Origin: Vairimorpha necatrix
Taxonomy: Eukaryota
NCBI GenBank assembly: GCA_036630325.1
Contig: CP142734.1
Location: forward strand, 868,001-932,000
Direction: 5' to 3'
DNA length: 64,000 nt
Part shown: piece by piece, positions 35,771 to 46,475 of the stretch
How the letters are laid out: each line of letters begins with the position of its first letter
How positions within the stretch are numbered: position 1 is the first letter of the stretch
The notes under the pieces: model-generated
Told to the model about the DNA's origin: nothing
Seen by the model: the letters and a program-made list of their open reading frames with translations, nothing else
Database searches by the model: none
Position numbers and translations under genes: made by a program

Positions 35771-37110
35771 ATTTTTTTAAATATTGTTTATTTAATGTAC
35801 TTTGTAAAACATTAGTATTATTTTTATTTATATAACAAAAAAAAATTCGTAAACACGGTAAACACGTTTTAATATGTTTTATTCAATTTCAATACGTGTT
35901 AATCAAACTTAGTCTTTGCATAAGTTTTTTGGTGTATGTATATGCTTTAGCTAATTGCGAATTATCTAACAATATTTTTATGTTTATATTTGTGCTAACG
36001 TTTAACCCGATTTGCATCTATTCCCACGCCCCCTTTGCAACTTTCAATAACTTAATTTTTAGAGTCAACATAAGTTTTTATTTACCTAGTCAATAAAACG
36101 ACTTTTCAGCCCCAGCGCAATTTTATAATGTCGGCGCTATAAAATTAACGCACTCTCACGAAACCCTACAAAATAGGAGTCTTGTACGTAGTAGTGTGTA
36201 GGCTGCTAAACAAATTAAAGATCATAAATTTTCAAAACAATATGAAATTTTACCCTCTAAAATTTATTAAAGTTTTACAAAATATCTGCATTCGCTTTTT
36301 CGTTTTAAAAACTAAAGTTATTTACCCTCCATATCTATTTAATCCACTTTTTCAGGTTGGAATTAAAAATGTATAAATTATAATTTTTTCAGCACAGTAG
36401 AAATTGTATTTTAAGTAAAACCTAATATAGAATTTAATTCATAAAAAATATATAATTCAATGTAATGACTTTCTAATGTCTTTAAATATGATTTTGACAC
36501 CCAATATTTACATTTATTGAATAATTAACAATTATACAATTTTTTGAGGAAGCCTTAAATAAATTCTTAAAACGATTCTGACGATGTTTTGATAATGAGT
36601 TTTACAAAAATAGAAATTATAATAAAAAGTTAATACTTTAAGTGTGGCACTTGTAATTATCAAATTAGACCATAGAATCTAAATTTGTTGTTTTTTAACA
36701 CAAAAGATTAAAATATGTGTATACAGACTCTAAAAAACAAAAAAAGGGCAAAAAATTGAATAAAAAGCTTCTAAAATAAATTTCAAATATTTTGAAAATT
36801 ATTCTTTCAATTTGATACACATAGAAAAGATGACTTTTCTGTAATTCGCTAAATATATTTTATGGGGAAACTTATTGTGGCACAAAAGGAATAAAAAAAA
36901 AAATGTCAAATTTTAATGCACGTTTACATCTAATTACAACCTTGACGAAGTTTTTTAAAATTTTTTTTATTAAGAAAAAACTAGGAAGAAATCAAAAAGT
37001 AAATTTTTTTAAATTAATTAATCTAATAAATATAGTTGCCGATTGATCATATTTTTACAAATAAATTTATTTATCTAACAGAAATAGTGATATTTTGTAT
37101 ATTTGTTTTT

Positions 37111-37815
37111 TTATATGACACATGACTTATGGCAATATTCTTCCTCATCTAATTTAACTCCTGTACTAAGCACAAATTCATCTTCTTCTTCATCCCAAAC
37201 TGTCTCTATTTTATGTCCACATATTTTACATAAACATGTTCCCCCACTATAAATCACTTTCTCAATTTTATCAATTTTAAGATTTAATGTTATTTTCTCC
37301 ATATTTTTTATCCACCCGTCAAATGTTGAGAAATATTCCCTACTAAGCGTACTCTTTTCATCTAGTGCTCTCGTTTTTCTCATATGGTCTTCTATATGGA
37401 CATCATACGAAGGATCATTTTCTTTATACCGTAAGCCGCATAATTTACACTGAACTTTCTCAAATAAAATGTTGTACATTAAATCATCTGTTTTTACATT
37501 CTCTTTGGGCGGCGGAGAGAGTTTTATTTTTTTTGTGTTTTTATATTTTGAAAATAGGTTGGTCAAATTATCATTTTTTGAGTCAAAGAGTTTTGAATAT
37601 CTTGAAAAATATTCTAAATAATTTTCATCTTTCTCACATAAGACAGTTAAGAACCATCTTATGCTTTCAGGATTGGTACAAGTTTTGTAGTATAATAAAA
37701 TAGATTTACCAATAGACTCGTAGTCAGATTGACTTTCGGAGATCATAACTAAGACGTTGAGAGTTATTTTATCATTTTTTTGTAATTTCTTCATTAGATC
37801 TGTAAAAATATCCAT
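37111..37815 (-). CDS. PCF11: Pcf11-like mRNA cleavage/polyadenylation factor
   Basis: Reduced CID-like N-terminus (NDKITLNVL..ISE). Zinc fingers CKLCGLRY...H...H and CKICG...WDEEEDEFV...HKSC match Pcf11. A CCCC motif precedes the ATG. Confidence 0.75.
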   Translation of the reverse strand: MDIFTDLMKKLQKNDKITLNVLVMISESQSDYESIGKSILLYYKTCTNPESIRWFLTVLCEKDENYLEYFSRYSKLFDSKNDNLTNLFSKYKNTKKIKLSPPPKENVKTDDLMYNILFEKVQCKLCGLRYKENDPSYDVHIEDHMRKTRALDEKSTLSREYFSTFDGWIKNMEKITLNLKIDKIEKVIYSGGTCLCKICGHKIETVWDEEEDEFVLSTGVKLDEEEYCHKSCVI

Positions 37816-38708
37816 TGGGGTAATAAAATATTAGGAAATTAGAATTTCTATATTATTTGAGAATTTTTAAATACTAGCGTATGTTTTCCCGTTTGAGAAC
37901 AAGACTTTTGGAGTATGTACCTTGTTTAATCTTAATCTTTTTGAGTTTCCATTATGAAAATAAAGAATTTTATAGGAAAAAATAATCATTTTAAGAAAGA
38001 AATAGTTTCAAAGTCAAATGTAAAGATTAAATGTTATAGGTATTTGAAAACTCAATTTATAGCACTACTTTATAATTTTAGATGGTTGTTTTTTTTGTTA
38101 TTTACAGGCGAGGGCTAAATAAACTTAAAAAACGTTCTGACGGTATTTGGTAACTAAAATTAAAAACCAAGATAAACATGTTTTTACAAATGATATACGC
38201 ATGTATAATAGTCAAATTTCAGTATTAAATCTATATTTTACATCGCTTTGAGTAGATAAGCATAAAATAAGTAGATTAGCCATTTTAAAAAAACAAAAAA
38301 AAAGAGGGGCAAAAATTAAATAAAAATCTTTTTGTGATATGTGGAAAGATGGATAACATGAGGAGCATCTCATATTACATTTTAATACAAATCATGTGGT
38401 TCCCCTTCATCTTATACATAAACTTAGCAAACAATAAACTTGTGGCGAGCTAAATTTGTGAATATACACCGAGACTTAAAACTATAACTTATAACACATC
38501 TACCAAATATTATTTAGTCTGCATTTTTTCTTTAAATAGTATAAGCTAATTTACTGACAAATATTTACCAAATCATAAAAAAATTCCAGACTCAAATCTA
38601 ATACATTATTTACCAACAGCGCATGTAAATAACAAGACTCTTCTTAAAAGATTTTTTGTTTGTTTATGTTTCAAAATAATAATAAATTTCATTCTGTTTT
38701 GTTTATAA

Positions 38709-39650
38709 ATGATTAGACCTTCTTTATTCTTCTTTTATAACCTTCAGCTCTTCATCATCTCTCTCCATTTCTATTCTTCTTCCAGACATATCTACATGCT
38801 TCTCTTTGGTTTACTTTTACACAAAACTTCTACTTTATTTTTATCTACAAGATTCAGATTTGCACTAGGCAGTCTTCTAATTCTACTTTATTTGTGGTAT
38901 CCTTTCTTATATTTCTTATCTTTTTCTTATATACTTACTAATACATATTACAGTATGTCATTATTAATTAAGTCTACTGATTTGTCTGTATATGTTTATT
39001 ATGTAGAGGTAAGTAGTATTATTATGTCTTTTCTGGTTAGTGTAGATCATTCAGTGATTTGTTTGTTGTTTTTTTGTGACGTCATTTTAATTTATTTTAA
39101 GATGTCTCCACCATATGAGTCTAGAAAGTATAAAGTTATAATAAGTAGAATTAAGTATGTGACAGATGATATTTTATTAAGAAAGAAGGAATATCGCTCA
39201 GTATTAAGTGAGTATACAATTTTATCAGTTTTTGATGAGAGAAATGAAAAAAGTAAAGAAGTTAAGAATAGTGCGATAAAGAAAGATAAAAAAAGTCAAG
39301 AGATAGAACATTCTATTAATGAAGATTATAATATTGTAGAAGCTCCAAAATATCAAAGTAAAGATTTAAAAAATAAGCAATTTAATAAGAGGCTTAGTTT
39401 AGATTTATTTACACCTCTTGTTCTACTTAATAAGGATTTATACTCTTTATTATTATTAATTCTCAGGCTTTTTCCTGTATTTAGGTTAGATTTTTTATGT
39501 TTCTTTTTCTTATTTCTTTACATATTAGATTTTAAGATACTGAGTCTTGTTGTGAGTTTATTCTGTGATTATTCTAATATAAAAAATATTAGTAGTAGGT
39601 TAATTACAACGGTATTAATTTACTATTTATTATTTATAAATCAATTATGA
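38709..39650 (+). CDS. Hypothetical multi-pass membrane protein
   Basis: 313-aa ORF with several hydrophobic segments at both ends and a charged central loop. It lies in the core-gene island. Confidence 0.7.
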   Translation: MIRPSLFFFYNLQLFIISLHFYSSSRHIYMLLFGLLLHKTSTLFLSTRFRFALGSLLILLYLWYPFLYFLSFSYILTNTYYSMSLLIKSTDLSVYVYYVEVSSIIMSFLVSVDHSVICLLFFCDVILIYFKMSPPYESRKYKVIISRIKYVTDDILLRKKEYRSVLSEYTILSVFDERNEKSKEVKNSAIKKDKKSQEIEHSINEDYNIVEAPKYQSKDLKNKQFNKRLSLDLFTPLVLLNKDLYSLLLLILRLFPVFRLDFLCFFFLFLYILDFKILSLVVSLFCDYSNIKNISSRLITTVLIYYLLFINQL

Positions 39651-39831
39651 AAAAAAGATAAAGCAAATAAATTCAATATAGCTACTTAAATTACAAATTC
39701 TATATTAAAAATATAATTAGAAAATTATAAATTCAATACGAATATTATAATTATAAATTTGATAAAAATTAAATATAAAATGTTAAGATATTATATAAAT
39801 ATAAGTTAAAAATGTAGTAAACGCATTTATT

Positions 39832-40401
39832 TTACAATTTACTTATTATCTTGAATACATTCTGTTTCTTTCTACTCTTTTTATCCTCTGTCTCTATTAA
39901 TTCTTTAACTTGTTTCTTATAATTGTCATTAGGCACTTCTCTAAACATCTTTGCGGCATCAACATTGGCAGGAGAATCGGGATTGGGATTATCAAGTAAA
40001 ATGACCATAGACAAACACACGACTCTAATATTCTGAACAGGAGACCACCTGTCTTCAGGCGCCCCGCAGCCCAGTGGGCCGGGCGAGTCCTCCTCTAAAA
40101 TACTAATACAGACTTTACCATCCTCGTAAATATTCGGGTGGAACATTTTAGTCTTAAAAACAAACTTAGGTGGGTGATGGGGGTAATCTTCAGGAAAAGT
40201 GATCTCTGCTTCTATTATTTTGCCTTTGTAGAGCGAATTTTCATCATAGAGACGGAAATAGACATCCCATGTCTTGTAAATTGTTTTTCCATTTATGGTC
40301 CTAGGGAATGCCATGAAAATATGATCAGTCTCTTTTTTGAGAAGTTTCTCTTCGTTGACGAGTCTTTTTAAAGCTGCAGCTGATAGTTTATTTGAACTCA
40401 T
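39832..40401 (-). CDS. Ubiquitin-conjugating enzyme E2, Ubc7/Cdc34 type
   Basis: FPEDYP..PP, HPNIYEDGKVCISIL with the catalytic Cys, an acidic insertion before RWSPVQ, and PNPDSPAN.DAA. Confidence 0.92.
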   Translation of the reverse strand: MSSNKLSAAALKRLVNEEKLLKKETDHIFMAFPRTINGKTIYKTWDVYFRLYDENSLYKGKIIEAEITFPEDYPHHPPKFVFKTKMFHPNIYEDGKVCISILEEDSPGPLGCGAPEDRWSPVQNIRVVCLSMVILLDNPNPDSPANVDAAKMFREVPNDNYKKQVKELIETEDKKSRKKQNVFKIISKL

Positions 40402-40512
40402 TTCAGAATAAGGGCAAAAAAGTAAAGAAAATAAAAACTTACAAATTTATGTTATTTATAGTACTTGTGCATAATATAAATATGCCTAGTATAATAATAT
40501 AATAATATTTAT

Positions 40513-41523
40513 TTATGAATCTGTCGCATTGCTTATTCCTCCTTCTGTGATCGCATATGTCGCCTCTGATTCTGCATAATCTGGAGAATCATAAATCTTT
40601 GCCACCCTTGTCTCCCCTCGACCTTTCCTTAAAGAAATCCTTGTTGTAGACGCATGGGCCAAGACATGCCCACCTATGGGCTTCTTAGGGTCAGCCACAA
40701 AGGTCATCGCCCCTGATGGATCGGCCATCATCTGATTCGTTATAAACACTGCTATGTTAAACTCCTCAGAAATATTTATCAATTTAGACAAGAATTGATT
40801 GAGTTTTTGTTGTCTTTCTCCTAATTCACCTCTTCCACTAAAATCTACTCTAAATAATGAAATTATTGAATCTACTACTAATATTTTATACTTGGGATCT
40901 TCTGCAAATTTAACTGTAAGATTTTGGACTAACTCATTCTGGTGCTCACTATTGTATGCCCTAGCATAAATAACATTATCTAAGGCTTCATCTGGGTCCA
41001 AATTAAACCTAACTGCTATTTCTCTTAACCTTTCTGGTCTAAATGTGCCCTCAGTGTCTATAAAAGCAGCCTTACCATTGGCACCCCCTAATTCTTCAGA
41101 AAGTTGTACTGTAATACACATTGTAGTAGCCAACTGCGTCTTACCGGTACGGAACTCACCAAATACTTCAGTAATACTCATTGTTTGTATACCTCCTCCT
41201 AATAAAGCATCGAAATCTGAACTACCTGTACTTATTCTGTACAATTGAGCTCTTTTTACTGCGTAAGCTGACGCAGTCATAAAATCAACATTGAGAAGTT
41301 TATTCACCACATCTTTCATCTTCTCAATTTTGATATCACTAAGGCCTTTAATTTTTACTAAAGATTTCCTTGGTGTCATGAGAATCCCTTTTAATGTGCA
41401 AATACCTGATGCCCTTAATTTGTTTATGTCTTGGAGAGATATTCCTGAATTGACAAGAATATCTAAATTCCCTTGTTCTTCGTCTGCAGATTTCTGCATG
41501 TGGGAAGAGTCGGTTTCTAACAT
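40513..41523 (-). CDS. DMC1: Meiotic recombinase Dmc1
   Basis: Walker A GEFRTGKT, DFSGRGELGERQQKL and GGHVLAHASTTRISLRKGRG (Dmc1-type rather than Rad51 GGNIIAH). The likely start is ATG 41523 (MLETD), giving 336 aa. Confidence 0.92.
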   Translation of the reverse strand: MLETDSSHMQKSADEEQGNLDILVNSGISLQDINKLRASGICTLKGILMTPRKSLVKIKGLSDIKIEKMKDVVNKLLNVDFMTASAYAVKRAQLYRISTGSSDFDALLGGGIQTMSITEVFGEFRTGKTQLATTMCITVQLSEELGGANGKAAFIDTEGTFRPERLREIAVRFNLDPDEALDNVIYARAYNSEHQNELVQNLTVKFAEDPKYKILVVDSIISLFRVDFSGRGELGERQQKLNQFLSKLINISEEFNIAVFITNQMMADPSGAMTFVADPKKPIGGHVLAHASTTRISLRKGRGETRVAKIYDSPDYAESEATYAITEGGISNATDS

Positions 41524-42002
41524 TGCATGAAAAAAACTAAGCGAATTTATAGTTTTTTTGCATAAACAAAAGAGTTTGTTGGCTAAAAATAAAATAAGGT
41601 TAACTTTATTGTAAAAAACGAACAAAGTCAGATTAAATGTATGTCAATATGGACAAGTTTATTTTTTAATGTTCTTAATATGATGAACAAGGTATTTTTG
41701 TACAACAGAAGGGCAACAAAATATTTAAGGTAATCAAACAATAAGGTAATACGACTATAAACTTTTATATTGGTAATATTAAACTTATAATTACAATCTG
41801 GCATTTATTTTAATCATATATAAAAGATTTTCGAAGTGTGTAAATGCATTATATTTTAGCACAAATAAAACATATTTAATCAACATATAAACAATTATTT
41901 TATGATCCTATTAAGGCTTATATTATTCAGGCCGCGAGCTAGAGCAAGATGATGATTTTCATTGTTGATTTTTCTTGGCTTTGTTGTAGCAAAAATAAAA
42001 TT

Positions 42003-42075
42003 CGAGGTTTAAAGTAAAGTGGTTAGGATTTCGGTCTTTTACAAAGGGTCTTTAGTTCAAATCCCAAACATCCAA
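42003..42075 (+). ncRNA. Degenerate tRNA-Glu-like sequence
   Basis: AGTGGTTAGGATT (A-box/D-arm as in tRNA-Glu) and GTTCAAATCCC (B-box) are correctly spaced and followed by a T-run. The stems are poorly paired. Confidence 0.4.
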
Positions 42076-42819
42076 ATTTTATTTTGGGCATCGTGCCTTG
42101 AAAGATGAAGCAATATATAATTTAAAGAACCTGGGTTGTATATCCAGACGTATAAACTTTATTTAGGTGTTCTTGTTTTCTTGTCTAAAACGTTGTGTGT
42201 ATACTCCCCGTATTATAAGCATATCTATTGTCTTCTTGTTAATCATAAGATCAAAACTGATTAATAATACAATTGATAATGATCTGAAACTCAAAGTAAG
42301 CAAGAACTCCTAAGTCCAAAATTATGAATACATAACAAGAAATAAGGAAATGGTATTACATATTACATGAGAAGTTCCAAAGCAACTCTTAACTACACTC
42401 ATCGTAGTCTTGTCGAAATAGTAATAAAGAACATATATTTAAACATTTTATTTATATGGGCTCAATAAGAAGCATCATTGAGAATTATATCTGTTCTGGT
42501 TTTCAACCTGCATGTTATTTCACATATTTGGCAAATACCTAAAGAAGCGGTTACGATTGTGGTATAGAAATTTTATTTGGGTGTTCGTGGTTTGTCTGTT
42601 CAAATCATTGTATTGATAAATTCAGGACTATATTCGTTCACGACATGCACTAAAAAAAATATTCTGTAACACCTTAAATATCTAAGCATTATATGTAGTC
42701 GATAAGTTATTCATCGAGGTAGTTAAATTAAAGACACCGAAGAATTAACTTAGGTGCAAAATGAATCTTAATACTAGAATTAATTATGAATTGAACTTAT
42801 TGCATTGTCATAAGAGATA

Positions 42820-43296
42820 TTGTTGGTTATCAAGCCGTTAGTAGCACATACAAGGGACTATAATATGTAAAGAAGGGCGGTAATTGGTTTAAGCCTTGCC
42901 TATAATTTAGCACTCTGCTCGAAACTAGTTTAAAACTAATTATCGGCCAAGCCTATAATGCACTTTAAGATATGTTTATAAAAACGTGTGCAAGTTTCAT
43001 CGATTGATAAACCTTTGAGGCAGTACGATAATTTGATATTCGGGTTATTTAACTCATGCCACTTAAGTATATTTGTTTTGGGCTCACTGTCACTTTGGGC
43101 GTGATTGGTGGTATATATAGAAAATATTCTCCTGGTGCCAATGTCCAATGGATTTGGCGGAGATTGTTACGCCAGTGAAAATTATAGTGGGAGTTAAAGT
43201 GAGTAAGAAGGCTATAGAACTAGATGTAAAAGATCACCCCAAATTCTCTGCCCCTATCTAAGAGGTTCCACACATCGTACTTGTAAGGAAAAAAAA
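42820..43296 (+). repeat. Dispersed non-coding repeat with 3' A-tail (copy 2)
   Basis: Colinear similarity to 29370-29806. Confidence 0.7.
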
Positions 43297-44049
43297 TTAA
43301 TAAGTATTACCCAACATTTTTATTCTTTTATCAAAAAAAATATATTAAACGTGATTATCTACAAATTAAACTTAAAGATTTAAAGTAATGAACATATAAT
43401 TAAAACTAAAAGTACATCATAACCAATTCATATAATATTTAAGTTTTTTTATATTTTTCTGTCTATATTATTGATCGCAAAAAGATGTTCTAAATATTAT
43501 TTTATTGTAATTTTGAGCGTTATATTGTTTAACTTTTTTCTTTGATGAACAAAAAAATCGTAGTTTGTATTATTTTGTATGAAAATATTAACAAAAGTTA
43601 ATTCATTGTCATACCATCGTTGGATCTTGTGTTTTCCTACATAGACCCGTCAAGATCATAAACAATATAAATAAATCGCTCTGGACGAAATATGGATTCT
43701 GACTAGCGCGCCGAGAACTTTAAGTACACCACATAACTTTTGTCCACTATAAAAAAAATGTTTGAAAACAATTAATGTCATAGACATTTGATAATTGTAA
43801 AAAACCAGAACTAATATAAATTGAATTTTCCTCCAAAAGTTGTTCATTACAATAATTTATTAGTGAATTTTATAAGGCAAAAATATGAGGTTGTTTTATA
43901 TACGAAACATACAAAAGTTTGTTAAAAAGCATTAAAATCTCTTTGCAGATAATGTTATATTTAAGGGACGAGTCTAAAGGATACAGCCAAAGAGAAACCA
44001 TATTGAAGCTTTTTAAGTTGTAAAATAACATGTAAAACTTTTTATAAGC

Positions 44050-44252
44050 TTCATCATTAGGGATTTAACAGATTTAGAGCATCATTCAAAAAGGTTTTTT
44101 CAACAATTCCTAGGGACATATAAGTAAAGTTGTCTATGTATGCATCACATTTGGACCACTGCATTCGTTAAATAATAAAAAGCGCTAAGCCTATATGTAG
44201 GCCTCGAGTTCGATGGAACGAACCATGATTGACATAATTGATTTGAGCGAAA
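44050..44252 (+). mobile_element. Remnant of Ginger/Gypsy-like integrase
   Basis: Broken frames HH*GFNR..., TIPRD, KVVYVC and ERTMIDIIDLS resemble the integrase zinc domain and first catalytic Asp. Confidence 0.4.
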
Positions 44253-46475
44253 TAAAAATTTTATTGTGGTGGTGTTGGATTTTAACTAATAAAAAATATT
44301 TATAATTTGACTGGTCTTTTTATTTAAAAGTAAAAAGGAAAAAAGCGTTCGAAAAAACTTGGAATTTTAATTTTATAGTCTGACTGACCACTAAGAGCCT
44401 TAAAGCGATAATAACAGTTATTGAAGGATACAATATAAACAGCTTTGCATAGACTTTGTAATTGTTCAAAAACATCGTATTTATAATACATATATTGGAA
44501 TGAGCAGAAAAAAGGTTTTAACAAAACATCAACTAGGACTATTCCCCAAACATGCATTCGAAGAAGTTTGATATTCGTTAGAAATTTTAGGATTGAATAT
44601 ATAGTAGTGAAAAATTCCAGACGAATTAGTTTGTCACTAAAAATTACTCAAACATGATGCGACCAATGAGGGTTAGTTACTTGTAACATTATAATTACCA
44701 AGATATTAATTTTCTTGTACATAGAAAAAAAACTCGATTTCAAATGATAGTATGTGAGAAATATTATTCAAATTTGAGATAGATAATATGAGAAATGGTC
44801 TATTTGTGTTCTTAGAAAAAAAGTAACTAATTATGTTGTTCCTTATCACATCGCAATAATAGATTGTCATCCATTAAGCATACCTTCAAATATACTTTTA
44901 AAATTAGTGAAAGTACAGATTTTCGGGTTAAGAGATCCACCCATAGAAAAGACCATGGATTTTTTATGCGTGGATCTTTTATTTCACAAAAATATATGAA
45001 ATTTTTTTTAAATTTTACTGAAAATTTACCCATATAAAAAAAATTTTACACTCTAAAAGAAAAATTACGTAAAACAATGAGAAAAAAGTATGACTGATCT
45101 TGAGTTGCATATTACTAGTAAAAATTAAAGGTTTTTTTTAGGTTTCAATTTTTTTTAAAATGAATTTTTTACCATTTGGCTATGGGGTAGATATCTTCTA
45201 CTAGTATAGAAATTTCTTTTCTTTAAAACCGTAAATTTGACTTTTGAGGTGATCTCTTGGCCCGGAAACCCCTACTATTGTAGCTAAGACTTTAAATAAA
45301 ATTTTATTATAAAAAACTCGAAATATCATCTATTTTCTTTAAATAAGTAGTAATTTTAAAATTTTTTTAAAAACGAAGTAAAATGTAAAATTTAAGAGAT
45401 AAACAAATCTCTCATATCTTATATCAAAAAACATTTTAATTAAACAATCTACTTGAAGATTGTGTGTGCTTCCTTTATATCTTATTTTTTACGTATTTTT
45501 ATGCGTGTCAACGCTGGATCCTACATACATAAATGATCTAAGCATACTTATCTTATACACAACACAAGGAAAGAGAATTTTTTGATAATATTTTTAGTAA
45601 CAATGAAATCTTTAATTAATTTTTTTTAATAACGTTTTATTTGTATACCTATATATGAGGTTAATGAAAAAAGAATCCGAATGTAGACTTAACTCTAAAA
45701 AATTTATAAATTTTTTTTTTTAATTGAAGACATTAGCCACACAAAAACATATATTACATAAATAACTTTAGTGTTATATTATTTGGGAAAATATTGTACA
45801 TTCAAAAGTCTGAGTTTGAAAATACGACTAAGATCTACGTTTCAGATGTAAATTTGCAATGACTGTTATATAATTCCAAAAAAAAATAATATTCTTTTTT
45901 TTTTACTTGTACTATTTTGCTCGCTAAAAAGGAAGATGTTGTTTGTTTTTATTTCATTTTTTTTTAATTTTTTGAAACGAAGAATTAACATATAAAGTTA
46001 TATTTTTTCGATCAAATATGCGTTTCATATATTAATATTACAAAAGATTATAGAACAACTATAACGTTTAATAAGATAGTTGTAAATATACAATGTCACT
46101 TTTTTCGCTTTTAGATAAATAAATGGGCTATAAAATATGGAAGGAGAAATTGACATGATACGATTCTTGATAATTTTTTGGAGCTGTATTTTAATAAGTC
46201 AAAACTATGAATCCTGTTAAATCTTCGTTCATGCATTTATATTTATCAAAAAATCACTAAAAATCCGGATAAATTAATATAAAAAACATAACAAAAAAAT
46301 ATCTTTTGGGATTACAAACCTACGAAGAAGAAATCAAGATATTCAGATGCTTATATTTATAGTTAATGTAATTATTAAGCCAAAAAATGACTAGAATGAA
46401 GACGATATATATATATATATCTATAATATAATACGTGTCGTCAGCAGAAAATAAAAGCTTTCGAATGAAATATTA

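Noticed and set aside
36725-38335. Similar AAAAAACAAAAAAA(GA)GGGCAAAAATT motifs at ~36730 and ~38287
   Set aside because: They are low-complexity with no TSD or inverted partner, and cannot be separated from chance or TE debris.
40138-41530. + strand ORFs overlapping the E2 and DMC1 genes
   Set aside because: They are antisense shadows of conserved genes.
41524-41625. N-terminal extension of DMC1 in the ORF track
   Set aside because: It starts at a non-ATG codon and is low-complexity. ATG 41523 gives the normal Dmc1 length.
44195-44225. GAGTTCGA as a tRNA B-box
   Set aside because: There is no cloverleaf, and it lies inside an integrase-like remnant.
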